Part shown: one piece after another, positions 50,105 through 62,665 of the stretch
Position numbering within the stretch: position 1 is the first letter of the stretch
Layout: every line of letters starts with the position of its first letter
Assembly (NCBI RefSeq): GCF_006345805.1
Contig: NC_043016.1
Location: forward strand, 11,594,001-11,658,000
Origin: Octopus sinensis
Taxonomy: Eukaryota
Direction of reading: 5' to 3'
DNA: 64,000 nt
Made by a program: the position numbers and the translations under genes
Notes under the pieces: generated by a model
Told to the model about the DNA's origin: nothing
The model's database searches: none
The model's input: only the letters and a program-made list of their open reading frames with translations

Positions 50105-50810
50105 TGAAAGATCTTTGGAATGTTTTACAAATCTTCACTGTACCACACTAATAGATTGGATTTGGAAAATCTGCATCAGTTTCTTTTGCTTTTTCTTAAA
50201 AAAACCCAGTATTTTTAGATTTTATGTAAATTTATAGGTACATAGCTTAATGCACCTATGACGATAAGTACAAACAAGAATTTATAGTCAAGGTTACAAG
50301 AGCTGTGAGTTGCACATTAATTCACCATAAATGTTCTCTTCCTGAATTTTTGATTGTACATTCACATCCACTGGGCAGCTGACCCCTACAACAGTGCATG
50401 ACTTTTGTTCCCTGTCCCACAGAACAATATCAGGTCTGTTATATTTGCACTGAATTAATGTTTTTATTGGGGTGTTCCACCAGTATTCCTTGTTTTTAAA
50501 GGTGTGAATACCTGCTGGTTCTGGCATGCCTTTCATATATACGCCAGGACAGTCCTTTTTGTGGATAGCATTGTAGATATTCTTTGCAATTATATAATGC
50601 CTCAGGCGTAGATAGTATCTTGTAGACATTTTGTGGCAGCTGCTTATGATGTGGTTGATATCTTCCACACTGGTAGAGCAGAACCGATGTTTTTTTATCA
50701 CAGTGTGGAGGTTTGGTTTTCAAGTATTTAGTAGCTATCTCCTGTTCCTGGCTAGCGAAGGTATATCCTTCAGGGTGGAATGTAATGTGTCTATCGCGCT
50801 TAGACATCGC
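50105..50810 (-). pseudogene. RLE-type (R4/Dong- or NeSL-like) non-LTR retrotransposon C-terminal remnant
   Basis: EGYTFASQEQEIATKYL; decayed CCHC knuckle (RFC..VEDINHIISSC..YYLRLRH); YWWNTPIKT; NRPDIVLWD..C.VVGVSCPVDVN; IVIGAL; TVKICKTF. Confidence 0.8.
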
Positions 50811-51074
50811 ATGATAGTTGCAAACAAATGTCACCATTATGTAAATGGTACCCTTTGTCTCCAGTCTTCTGTGGAAACTTATCTTGGTCATGGAAAAAAA
50901 TATTACCTTACTCAGAAACAGGTGATAGGAAGGGCATCCAGCCATAGAAACTCTGCCTCAATAAATTCCGTCTGACCCATGCAAAATGGACATTAAAACA
51001 ACGATGATGATGATGATGATGATGATGATGATACACTCACCATTCAATTCTACATAGGTCAACCATCCAACATC

Positions 51075-51485
51075 ATCATCATTTAACATCCGTTGTACAT
51101 ACTGGCAATGGCTAGATGGGTTGACCAGGGCTGGTAAGCTGAGGGTCTGCACCAGACTCCAGTCTGATTCAGCATGGTTTCTACAGCTGGATGCCCTTCC
51201 TAATGCCAACCACTCCAAGAGTGTAATGGGTGCCTTTTACATGCCACTGGTTTTGGTGCCAGTTACAGGACACCAGCATCGGCCACAACCATGATTTGAC
51301 TTGGCTTGACGGATCTTCTCAAGCACAGCATATTACCAGAGGTTTCAGTCACTAGGCATTACCTCCATGAGGCCCAATATTCAAAGATCATGCTTCGCCA
51401 CCTCCTCCCATGTCTTCCTGGGTCTACCTCTTCCACAGGTCCCCTCCACAGTTAGATATCAGCCCTTCCTTACACAACTGTCCTC
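51075..51485 (-). mobile_element. RTE 3' fragment with decayed ORF end
   Basis: TVEGTCGRGRPRKTWEEVAKHDL* plus the terminal segment. Other antisense fragments lie at 44620-44760 and 55905-56185. Confidence 0.75.
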
Positions 51486-53325
51486 AATTTTATAAATCAT
51501 CATCATCATTAGTTTGATGTTCTACTTTTCCATGCTTGCATGTATCAGATGGAATTTTACTAAGATGGCCTTTCTATGATTGGACATCAACCCTCACCTA
51601 TTTCCAAGAAATAGATGGTACTTCTCTATAACCAGGCATGTTTTTCACAGAAGACTGCAAAACAAAGGATACCGCTTGCACAACAGATACATTTGTTTCC
51701 AACTATTCTCGCAGAATACTGGAAATGAACGACACTGCTCCTTTGACAATCGTTTTTCAACTATCATGCAATGTCAAAAAAAGGGGGGGGGCACAAACGC
51801 GCGTATATGACTTGATTCTTTCAGTTTCCGTCTAATAAATCCACTCAAAAGGCTTTGGTCAGCCCTGGGCTATAGTAGAAGACACTTGCCTAAGATGCTA
51901 CACAGTGGGACTGAACCCAAGATCATGTGGTTGGGAAGCAAACTTCTTAACCACACAACCACTCCTGCGTCAATAAATGCTTTATTTGAAAGAAAAAAAA
52001 AACGAAAGTGTATAAAAGAAATACAACTGCACACTGATTAAACAATTTGTTGATTTTTCCCCCCTTCTCTTTTGCAATAAAAGAGATAATCTTTAATTTA
52101 ATTATTAATAACGGACAATACAAACGGGATTAGAAACACTGCCCTTATATAAAAGGGTACATCTGCGCACTTCTAAATAATGAATTGTTCAAGGGAGGTA
52201 ACTACGTGCTTCCTAAATCGAGAAGTTTTCAGTAGAATTGTTATTTCATGCCAAATTATACTTGAAATATCCTATTTACACTGTTTGAGCAAGGATTCGT
52301 ATAAAAATTACCAATTTTCTAAAGCTTAGTGCTTTAGCTTTGGTTATATGCGTGTTGAATGTTAGCTGTGACAATGAGTCGTATATAAAACGTTGGTATT
52401 TTGGCTTAAGGTATTACTGACTAGGAAAAAAAAAGTTTTTTTCAAAATTATATTTTTAGATAATTTGATATCGTTTCAGATAAAATTTTTTAACTGAATT
52501 TCTTCTTCAGAGAGTTTTAAGAGTGAATTGATTCGTTTTATATTTATTTAGTGTATCTATATATTTTGTTGGGTGAGATTCTTAAAAAAATATATCTTAT
52601 TATATGTAGTAATTATTCAGAAAAGAAGAGCAAATTTTGTAAAGGAATCGCTTTTGTAAACGAATTTTAAAAGATTCCTTTACATGCAGAAAATCTGAAA
52701 GGAAATTGGTAAAAAAAAAAAAAAGTGACTTTCAGATATTTCATAATTTCATCTGAAAAAATAACAAATGTCACGGTTTTTTTATGCCAAATTATATAAG
52801 TTGATAGCGTCAATGTGTTGCTTCATTAAATATTTTTAAGTAGAGTGTTTGAATTTAGATATAATTAACTCGTTGGCTCTTCCTTCGTGTTGTTGAAATA
52901 AAATTCTAACACGAGGCCAGCAATTTCGTGGGAGAGGAGTAAGTCTATTACATCGAGCCCAGTGCATAACTGGTACTTATTTCAATCAGCCCAGAAAGGA
53001 CAAGTCGGCCCCAGCAGAATTTGAACTCAGAATATAAAATTGGATAAAATGCCACTAAACATCTTACCTGGTATGTTAACAGTTCTGCCAGCTCGCCACC
53101 TAAATATTAATAATAATAATAAAAAGAAGAATAATAAAGATTTCATTTATTTGCCACCAGGGCAAAGAATGCGGGGACACAATACAAAACAGACATAAAA
53201 TATGGGTTTACATGTAATGAAATGATAAAATAATTTTTTTTAAATAAGTATACACGGTATAGAATGAAAAAGAAGGCAAATATACATAATATACAAAGGT
53301 TTTTAAAAAATTGATAATCATAATA

Positions 53326-53489
53326 CTGTATTCTAATGTGTATAAGGGACCCCTAATTTTAGGGGCTTAAAATTTGGAAAAAAGGTTTTGTAAGGGATTA
53401 TAATACTATCCATGTATAAGAAACTCCCATATTTTTTTAACCTAATTTTTGACAAAAAAAAGGGCTTTCTTATACGCGTTAACATACGG
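53326..53489. mobile_element. Tc2/pogo-like MITE
   Basis: TA|CTGTATTCTAATGTGTATAAG ... CTTATACGCGTTAACATACGG|TA inverted ends with a TA duplication. Confidence 0.65.
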
Positions 53490-53709
53490 TAATAATGATA
53501 ATGGTTTCAAATTATGGGGCAGGGGCTAAACCGATTTAAATTGACTCTAGTGATCAGCTGGTGCTTATTTTATCATCCCAAAAAGGAAGAAAGAGAAAGT
53601 CAACCCCAGCTGCATTTGAACCTAAAACGTAAAAGACGGACCAGCCATGGCACCACCTCTGCATTTCAATGAGGTGAATCTGAGGTGTGGTTGGGTTATT
53701 GCTAGTTGA

Positions 53710-53752
<43 letters not shown>

Positions 53753-53754
<2 letters not shown>

Positions 53755-54292
53755 GATGCAGTACCAGACAGTGGCTCTCATGGCTTCTGATCTTAACTGA
53801 TTGGAAGTGTTATCATGTACATTGTTTTGTCTTGGTATAAAAGATGGGCTACAGCAAATATTCTGCTCAATACCACAGATTTGCTTGTCAGTTGTTTGAC
53901 CTTAACCAGTTGAGTGGTTGACGATATGTGCATCTCTGATCACGAGCAGAAGTAGTGGGGGAGCATCATAGCCATGTGTTGAGAGGGATTCTTTGGGGTT
54001 TGAATAATTCACCTCTGGAAACATGGGTGTTTCGTTCAACATCCTTAAACAACCCTTATTCAGGGACCTTTTGAGCGGGATGGGTTACTCGACCAGAAGA
54101 AAATTCTAACTGGGTCCCACCTGCAAGGTCATGTGCTGTTTATCTTCATATGAGATCACCATGTTGTGCACATATGGTTGTGATGCATGTGCCTGGTATA
54201 CCCTTATCAGACAGGTTGTCATGATGGGTATACTGGGCTTCGTAAATTTTACCCCAGTGTTACTTTGATGGCATGCACTGCTCTTTCACTCA
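53753..54292. mobile_element. (TAA)n-flanked non-coding element, near full length
   Basis: (AAT)n at both ends; inverted copy at 55196-55753. Confidence 0.8.
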
Positions 54293-55195
54293 ATAATAAT
54301 AATAAATGCCCTGATGCAGTACCAGGCAGTGGGCCCTCGTGGCTGCTGATAACAATAAAAGAATACAGGAGCCCTTTCAACTTAACAATAGAGTAGTTTT
54401 AAGGATAATTAACAATTATTTGAATATTGCACTAACTAGCTGTCTCTTGTGTACTTGCCAAAATAACTGAAAAGATATTTAGTCATTTTGTTATTTGTGT
54501 GTGTGTGTGTGTTTTGTCTTTTCCTCTCTATTCAATTATTTCTAATTATTTTTCAATACTGTTTCGTTTTTGTATTTTGCCTAAGATGTTTTGCTGTGAA
54601 CTCGAGTGTTGAAACAAACCTTGCTGTGTTTTTGAGAGGGTCATTATGCCAATGATAAATACATGCACTGGTTGCATATTACTTTATTTTTTATTTGTCA
54701 TTTGATTAATTATCTAACCAATTAACTCATCAAATGTTTGATTATTTAACCAATTAACTAATCGAATGTTTATATTACGGTTTGGTCAATCAATCAAATG
54801 ACTTAAGTTTCTCAAAGTCCACTTCCATTAAATGTATTTACACGGGTTTAACTATCGCTTTTTCTGCAGATGGCATCACTGAGTTCCTTTTTTCATCATC
54901 ATCATCATCATCATCGTCATCATTATTATTATATTTCACATTCTGAGTCCAAATGCTGCCATGGTCGACTTTGCCTTTCATCCTTTCGGGATCAATAAAA
55001 TAAGTACCAGTTGAGTTTTGGGGTCAATGAAATCAACTTATCTTGTCCCCACCAAAATTTCAGACCTTGCCTTTCATCCCCTCAGGGTCGATAAAATAAG
55101 TACAAGTGAAACACTGGGGTCGATGTAATCGGCTAGTCCGCTCCCAACAAAATTTCAGGCCATATGTCTTTGGTAGAAAGGATTATTATTATTAT

Positions 55196-55753
55196 TGAGT
55201 GAGAGAGCAGTGCATGCCATCAAAGTGACACTGGGGTAAAATATACGAAGCCCAATATACCCATCATGACTATCCGTCTGATAAGGGTACACCAGGCACA
55301 TGCATCACAACCATATGTGTGCGACATGGTGATCTCATATCAAGATAAACAGCGCATGACCTTGCAGGTGGGGCCCAGTTAGAATTTTCTTCAGGTTGAG
55401 TAGCCCATCCAGCTCAAAAGGTCCCTGATTAAGGGTTGTTTAAGGATGTTGAACGAAACACCCATGTTTCCAGAGGTGAATTATTCAAACCCCAAAGAAT
55501 TCCCCTCAACACATGGCTATGATGCTCCCCCACTACTTCCGCTCGTGATCAGAGATGCACGTATCGTCAGCCACTAAGGGACATGCTCAACTGGTTAAGG
55601 TCAAACAACTGACAAGCAAATCTGTGGTATTGAGCAGAATATTTGCTGTAGCCCATCTTTTATACCTAGACAAAACAATGTACATGATAACACTTCCAAT
55701 CAATTAAGATCAGAAGCCATGAGAGCCACTGCCTGGTACTGCTTCAGGGCATT
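55196..55753. mobile_element. (TAA)n-flanked non-coding element, near full length, inverted
   Basis: (ATT)n at both ends; a partial copy lies at 59020-59175. Confidence 0.8.
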
Positions 55754-57762
55754 TATTATTATTATTATTATATTATTATTATTATTATTATTACTATTAT
55801 TACATATCATTTAAACATAGACATGTGGCTGAGAAGCTGTTTCCATCCACAAAACTCTGTGTGTGTGTGAGCCTCACAGCTTGACGATCGATATTTGTTT
55901 ATCATCATCATCATCATCATCGTTTAACGTCCGCTTTCCTTGCTGGCACGGGTTGGACGGTTTGACTGAGGACTGGTAAAGCGGGAGGCTGCACCAGGCT
56001 CCAGTCTGATCTGGCAGTGTTTCTACAGCTGGATGCCCTTCCTAACGCCAACCACACCGAGAGTGTAGTGAGTGCTTTTTACGTACCACTGGCATGGGGA
56101 CCAGTCAGGCAGCACTGGCATCGACCACGCTCGAACGGTGCTTTTTACGTGCCACCGGCCCGTGACCAGTCAGGTGGCATCCCTATAAATTCAGTTAGAC
56201 AAAAGGTATCCAAATAGATAAGTCCCAGACTTTAAATTAATGCTGGTGTCGATTTCCTTAACTTGATCTTTCCAAACAGTGCTGCAGTATGGCCACAACC
56301 CAGTGACTGAAACAAGTAAACAAATAAAAGAATCCAAGTCTTACTTCTTTTTATTTTGAATTAGCCCCTCCCCTTGCTTTTTTTTTTAATCATTTAGAAT
56401 TTGAGTGCTAATTATATTTTTCTCTCTATTATTAATTAAGGCGGCGAGCTGGCAGAAACGTTAGCACGCCGAGCGAAATACTAAAGACGTCTGTCTTTAC
56501 GTTCTGAGTTCAAATTCTGCCGAGGTCGACTTTGCCCTTTATCCTTTCGGGGTCGATAAATTAAGTACTAGTTGTGTACTGGGGTCGATCTAATCGACTG
56601 ATCCCCTCACCCAAAATTCCGCTACGGTCATCTTTACCTTTCTATGAAATAAGTATCAGTTTTCGGGGTCGATATAATCAACTAGTCTAGTAGAAATAAT
56701 ATTATTCGGAATCATAAAAAAAAAGATTGTCGAAATATTTTGTGTATTGTAGAATTATAACCAGTTTATTGCAGATAAATTTTATGAACCAAATCTTATA
56801 TGGGCCGTTAAGGGTCGTGTTGGACCTCAGATGAGACCTACTGCCCTGGCCCTTTGCTGCCTGCATCTCTCCACCACAACTACCACCCCCACTCTGTTGG
56901 AAGACTTTAGACCAGGTCTCTGACCTGAAGATAACTTTATCCTCATTCTCCCCCACACACACACACACATTCAACTCCCTCCCTCCTACTACTCTTGATT
57001 TTTTAAAATTAATTTCTTTTAATTGCGTAAAATAAATTCTCAGTCACCAAGTAGTACTTTCCCTTTGACTGTGGGTTTTACTAAAGCATGGCTTTTACGT
57101 CCAGTTGTGGCCAGAGACAGCTGTTTATGGTAGGTAACGAGTAGACAAGGAGTGGCTGCGTGGTAAGGGGTTTTCTTCTCAACCACATGGTTCCGGATTC
57201 GGTCCCACGGTGTGACACCTTCGGCAAGTGTCTACTACAATAGCATTGTGAGTGGATTTGGTACATAGAAACTGAAAGAACCCCGTATGTGTGTGTGTGT
57301 CTTTGTGTTTGTGTTTTTGTGTATGCGTGTGTCTTTGTGTTTTGTGTGTGTGTAAGGGGGTCTGTGTGTGTCTCTTTGTATCTGTGTTTGTGTGTGTCTC
57401 TGTTCGGACCCAACTACCACTTGACAACCGGTGTTGATGTGTTTACGTCCCCCGTAACTTCGTGGTTCAGTAAAATACACTGATAGAATAAGTACTTGGC
57501 TTTTAAAAAATTGTATTGGGGTCGATTCAATCAACTAAAATTCCTCAAGGCAGTGCTCCAGCATGACCACAGTCAAATGACCGAAACAAGGGAAAAGATA
57601 AATTTAGAAAAAAAAAAGAGAGAGAATAGTTATATAGAGAAACAATAGGTGACCTGGGGTTTATGGTACTTGCATGTCCATAACAATAATATAAACATGC
57701 ACGCCTGAAAACGTTAACAAGCTACACTTCATTGCACAATCTGTCGTGTGTGAACATCTTAC

Positions 57763-57810
57763 GTATCTCCTGTAGATCTATAGTTTCTTCCAGCATAACA
57801 GGCACGGTGA
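57763..57810 (-). CDS. Candidate 48-nt phase-1 symmetric exon (VTVPVMLEETIDLQEI), or a first coding exon starting MLEETIDLQEI
   Basis: Minus strand ctgctttgtgtgcag|TCACCG...GAGATAC|gtaaga. TGCATG lies about 60 nt into the downstream intron. It sits in a ~700 bp non-repetitive island. No homology recognised. Confidence 0.38.
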
Positions 57811-58659
57811 CTGCACACAAAGCAGGGTGAATCACCTCTTCTTGCTTTGCAGTCAGTAGTTAAATGAGCAGTTTATCTCTAGATAAAAGAAAAATAAATA
57901 GCACAGGATTATAAATGACGTCTCTTCCTCGCATCTGGCAGAACACAAAAACACATCGAGGGTTTTTTTAAAAAAAGGGGGATGAAAAAACAAAAAAGGC
58001 AAACACGTTCAGTTAGTTATAGAGAGTACCACCACTAGCTGTCTTTGTGTGTCTTTTAAGTGCTACATCAAATTTGTGTGCTCGTTAAGCTGGCTTTGCA
58101 GCATATGAATATACGTGGTAAGATTCATTCAATCATAAATGCTAGCAGTTTGAAAAGAATAAAATATGGACAGCATGTTAACTGGCACAAATGAGAAGCA
58201 AAAGCTGATGTATAATATATGTAATGCACTCGTGTAAATTAGTTAAATGTACTGTAACGATATTTAAACGTTTTGATTGGATGTTGCAGCCGGAATAGTT
58301 CAATTAATTATATACCAGAGTGTTTATAGACGCAGACATGTGTATTGTTTTTGATTCCATTTGGGGGGGGGGTTATTTTTTATTGTTGTTGTTGTTGTTA
58401 TATTTTGGGGGGTTTTTTTGGTAAAAAGACTAGACTTTGTTTTTATTGGCAACATATTTTACAGGATGAGAAGAAAGAAAAAAAACATTAGTATAAAACC
58501 AAATTATCAAGAAAAAACAACAACCCCATAACTACCTCACCAAAGAAACAAACAAAAAAAAGAACGGGGTGGGGATTAAACAACAGGAGATGGGACGGGG
58601 GCAGGGAATAATGGATTGTACATCCCAAAATAAATAGCGTGTTTAAGCCATGCCTTGCA

Positions 58660-58885
58660 GACATGATTGCAAAGGTGTTGCCATGAAGAATGGCCAGCAA
58701 CACTCTCTCCAGCAGCCACCCTACTTTGTGGAGCTTATTTCTCACACAGGCCATAGTTATCCTGACCTTGTGGAGGAAATTGGCAGTGCAAGGTCTGAGG
58801 ACATCTGAGAACTTGACAATGACCAAACACATGTTCCTGTATTTCTCTATTTTTCTCTCCTCTGCGTTACAAACAGCAATACTTG
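58660..58885 (-). pseudogene. Second RLE-type retrotransposon C-terminal remnant (CRE/R2-like)
   Basis: AEERKIEKY...NFLHKV...LLERVLLAILHGNTFAI resembles the AE..K..KY...QR.S.A.QRGNA terminus of RLE elements. Confidence 0.5.
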
Positions 58886-59639
58886 ACTTATATTTCAGGC
58901 AAATTCCATAGCATTCTCTCATCATACTTTTGTCTACTAATTACTTGTACTCTTTTATAAACCCTATAATTCACAATGGATTCTTCCAGCAAGAGAAACA
59001 TCGATATAACAAAACTAATTGAAGGTCAAACAACTGACAAGCAAATCTGTGGTATTGAGCAGAATATTTGCTGTAGCCCATCTTTTATACCAAGACAAAA
59101 CAATGTACATGATAACACTTCCAATCAGTTAAGATCAGAAGCCATGAGAGCCACTGCCTGGTACTGCATCAGGGCATTTTCTTCTTCTTCTTCTCCTTCT
59201 CATCATCATCATCATTGTTATTTAGGCATTGAGGTGGCAGAGTCATTATCATGCTGTGGAAAAAAATGCTTAGCAACATTTCATCAATCTTTACATTCCT
59301 AGTTCAAATTCTGCCATGGTCAACTTTGTCTTTCATCTTTTCAGGTTTAATAAAATAAATACCAACTGAACACTGAGTTCAGTGCAGTTGACATACCTGC
59401 TTCTTCCCCCCAAAATGCCAGCCTTGTACCAAACTTTGAAATCAAAATAATATCATTTATTACTTGCTGCACAAACTGATTGCAATTCTGTACTTGGCAA
59501 TGATAGTTTTCATGTGACAAACATGGTGAACTAACCAGCAAGCTACTGGATTTTTTCTGGAATTTATTGCAGAAGTATAACTGCCATACAATACAAATTA
59601 GTGCTACGGTCATAATCAGGTCTATATTTAATCTTAAAA

Positions 59640-59782
59640 TTCTTCATTTCAATCTGGGAATTATCACTAAAGCTGGAAAACCATTTCCTACAGGTGAAAC
59701 CTTATTAAGATTAAGTATTTCAGCTTTTATAGAAACTATTTTTGAAACCAAGATTATGCGTCCGTATGTAACCTTCTACTGA
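59640..59782 (+). pseudogene. hAT (Buster-like) transposase remnant
   Basis: GIITKAGKPFPTGETLLRLSISAFIETIF resembles the IAK.GKPHTIGE.LI motif. Confidence 0.5.
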
Positions 59783-60471
59783 ATAAGTAATATATTTTGG
59801 AGACACGTGGTTTAAATGCCATTTAATGTTAAGGTTCAACATGTTAATAAACATTGTAGCAGATATCTTTCTGTTCAATTTGATGAACTGACCAATATTA
59901 GCAGTGAATCACATTTTTCATACATCTGATGTGTGAATGATGGCGAACTGGTTGAAGAGATGTTTTGTGAAAAAAAAATCTAGTAACAATGGTGTTTGCA
60001 ATGAACATCTCTGATATATTATTCAAGAAATAAATGTAACATGAAGCCAAACGGTTAAGAATTTCATTTTGCAACCATGAGGTTCCAGGTTTGATTCTAC
60101 TGACATTTGGGCAAGTGCCTTGGGTCAGCCCAAGCCTTGTGAGCAACCTTGGGTAGATGATAACTGTACTGAAGCTTAATGAATGGATTCTTGTAACTGT
60201 AATTAAAAAATACAGCCATTTCACACATTGATTCTGGCTGAATATAACGTTAAGAATACACATCTCCATGGTATACTCAACCACCTAATAATCAACTTAT
60301 TGTATACAGTGCTCAGGTGCATCAGAAAAAGTAAGCGAAACTGCATGAACTGCACATAGAATATGCACAGAAAGTGAACTGTGAAAAAGTCTTCAAAAAC
60401 AAACAAAAAATCAGAAGTGGGGTGCATGATGTATACCTTTGGCAAATTTCAGGAAGCAGTGTCCTCACATT

Positions 60472-60735
60472 GGAGGCACAGTGGCTTAGTGGTCAAGGCA
60501 GTGGACTTGCAGTCATAGGATCACGGTTTCAATTCCCTGCTGTACACTTTCACCACAACTTTCTCTTACTCTTTCTTCCTGTTTCTGTTCTACCTGTATT
60601 TCAAAGGCCAGCCTTGTCACACTCCACGTGTCTGTGGAGTACTCAGCCACTTGGATGTTAATTTCCCGAGCAGGCTGTTCCGTTGATCGGATTAACTGGA
60701 ACCCTCATCATCATAAATGGCGGAGTGCCACAAAA
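60472..60735 (+). mobile_element. SINE family C, internally deleted
   Basis: Head and 3' domain match 23510-23897. Confidence 0.75.
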
Positions 60736-60749
60736 AGTGTCCTGACAAC

Positions 60750-60966
60750 TAACAGCCAATGTGGGTAGTTTATTCCATGCTTCAGCAATTCTGAGTGTGA
60801 AAAAAATATTTCTTGGTTGCTTTTATTTACTTTTGTAAGCCACATGGTTCCGGGTTCAATCCCACTGCGTGGCATCTTGGGCAAGTGTCTTCTGCTATAG
60901 CCCCGGGCCGACCAATGCCTTGTGAGTGGATTTGGTAGACGGAAACTGAAAGAAGCTTGTCGTATA

Positions 60967-60997
<31 letters not shown>

Positions 60998-61500
60998 GTA
61001 TGTGTGTCTGTGTTTGTGTGTCTGTGTTTGTCCCCCTAGCATTGCTTGACAACCGATGCTGGTGTGTTTATGTCCCCGTCACTTAGCGGTTCAGCAAAAG
61101 AGACCGATAGAATAAGTACTGGGCTTACAAAGAATAAGTCCCGGGGTCGAGTTGCTCGACTAAAGGTGGTGCTCCAGCATGGCCGCAGTCAAATGACTGA
61201 AACAAGTAAAAGAGTAAAAGAGTATGTCAACAAGTATTAGACATATAGAATTCAAAAAGGTGCCCAAGGTTGTTATTGGAAAGACGGTGGATAATCTTGT
61301 GGTCGTCCACTAAGTTAGTTGCCAGTCATCAGAGCTTTAATGAGTCCATGCACAGGAAAGCAAAACATTCAGAGTATGGTAGATGCCTGATGGCAGGTAA
61401 TCCTGTATGGTTGAACATATCTGAAGGTTTTGATAATCACTGTCCTAGACTGTATCCAAAAGAAAACCATCTGGTTGATTGGCAAAGATTCACTTGCTAA
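60750..61500 (-). pseudogene. CR1/L2-type LINE C-terminal remnant interrupted by a 5'-truncated SINE A (about 60838-61222)
   Basis: IRHLPYSE..LCMDSLKL..HKIIH..LGHLFEF..NT.*H | AYK ... FFTLRIAEAWNKLP; the SINE splits the sequence at H|AYK. Confidence 0.7.
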
Positions 61501-62394
61501 CACTCCAAGACTTCCTACCCATGGGCATACTATCTCCTATCACTCTCCTACTTATCAGCTGTTAGTCTAGCATGCAGTCTGTTGTAGTATCTGTAGTCTA
61601 TACTGTGTGAAATGACCTGATCTGGGTTCAAATTCAGTGTAGGGTTACAGTTCAACTGCACAAAAAAAAATTTGTAGGTAGGTAGATAGATAGACCACAT
61701 GCTAAGTGGCTCCATTTACTACAATGGTCTCTACTCTTGTGAACTGACTAATTGATACCACATCCTGGTACCTTGGACTCTTTTAGCAGATTCCACTCTC
61801 TTGCAAATAATTCAGTTAGTAGCACTGTAGTAGTATTAACTAATATTATTCTGTCTAATTTTGTTGTACTCTGTTATAATAAAGTATTTTAATAGCTTCT
61901 TGTCGTGAATGTACGGTCAACCAACTAGAAAGTATCATATTTATGTGTCTGATACAAACAAAAAAAAAAGTATTAATTGTCGATAACACCAACATTCTAT
62001 AATGATTTGACTATTGGAGCGTTGTTAATAGCAATATGGAGACCAAAAGCGAATACAAAGCAAAACAGAATATTTGAAATAAACGATGAAAGAAACCAAG
62101 CGTTAATCGTTTAAGCGCTTTTGAAAACGGCAATGACAATTTGTACATCACTTCCATGACCTTTTGCTGTCTACTACAAAACAACACACCACTAATCATC
62201 ACCTCGATCAGAAGATGAGACCGAGAAAGACTAGAAAAGGCGCATGGAATTAGGAGCATTTATATTCTATGCTAAATATTAACATTTAGGAAATAGGCAA
62301 AATCTCCATTAGAAAGTAATTAAACTTCGTAGTTTCAATATAACAACACACACACATACGTACGCACGTGCACACGCACGTATGTATGTACATC

Positions 62395-62665
62395 CCTATA
62401 GAATAGAATCGGAAATTATCTACTACTGCTCAGGAACCATAATTTCTTTCGATTTGCATGTTGTAAGTAGCGTAGCGTAGATTACGATCTTTTGCAAAAC
62501 AAAATAAGTCGATACTGAAAAAATTACATTAAAGGTGTTTCTTCTTTCTTTCTTTCTTCTTTCTCCCCCTTTTTTTTTTTACTCTCTACGATCTTCAAAC
62601 GTGCAGAGATCAGAAGAAATTATGGGCTTAAACGCATTTGACAATTTCCGACTCTATTCTATAGG
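62395..62665. mobile_element. MITE-like element with ~65 bp imperfect terminal inverted repeats
   Basis: CCTATAGAATAGAATCGGAAATT..CCATAATTTCTT pairs with AAGAAATTATGG..AATTTCCGACTCTATTCTATAGG. Confidence 0.7.

Noticed and set aside
62011-62259. 82-aa hydrophobic ORF
   Set aside because: No recognisable family and no convincing splice or start context.
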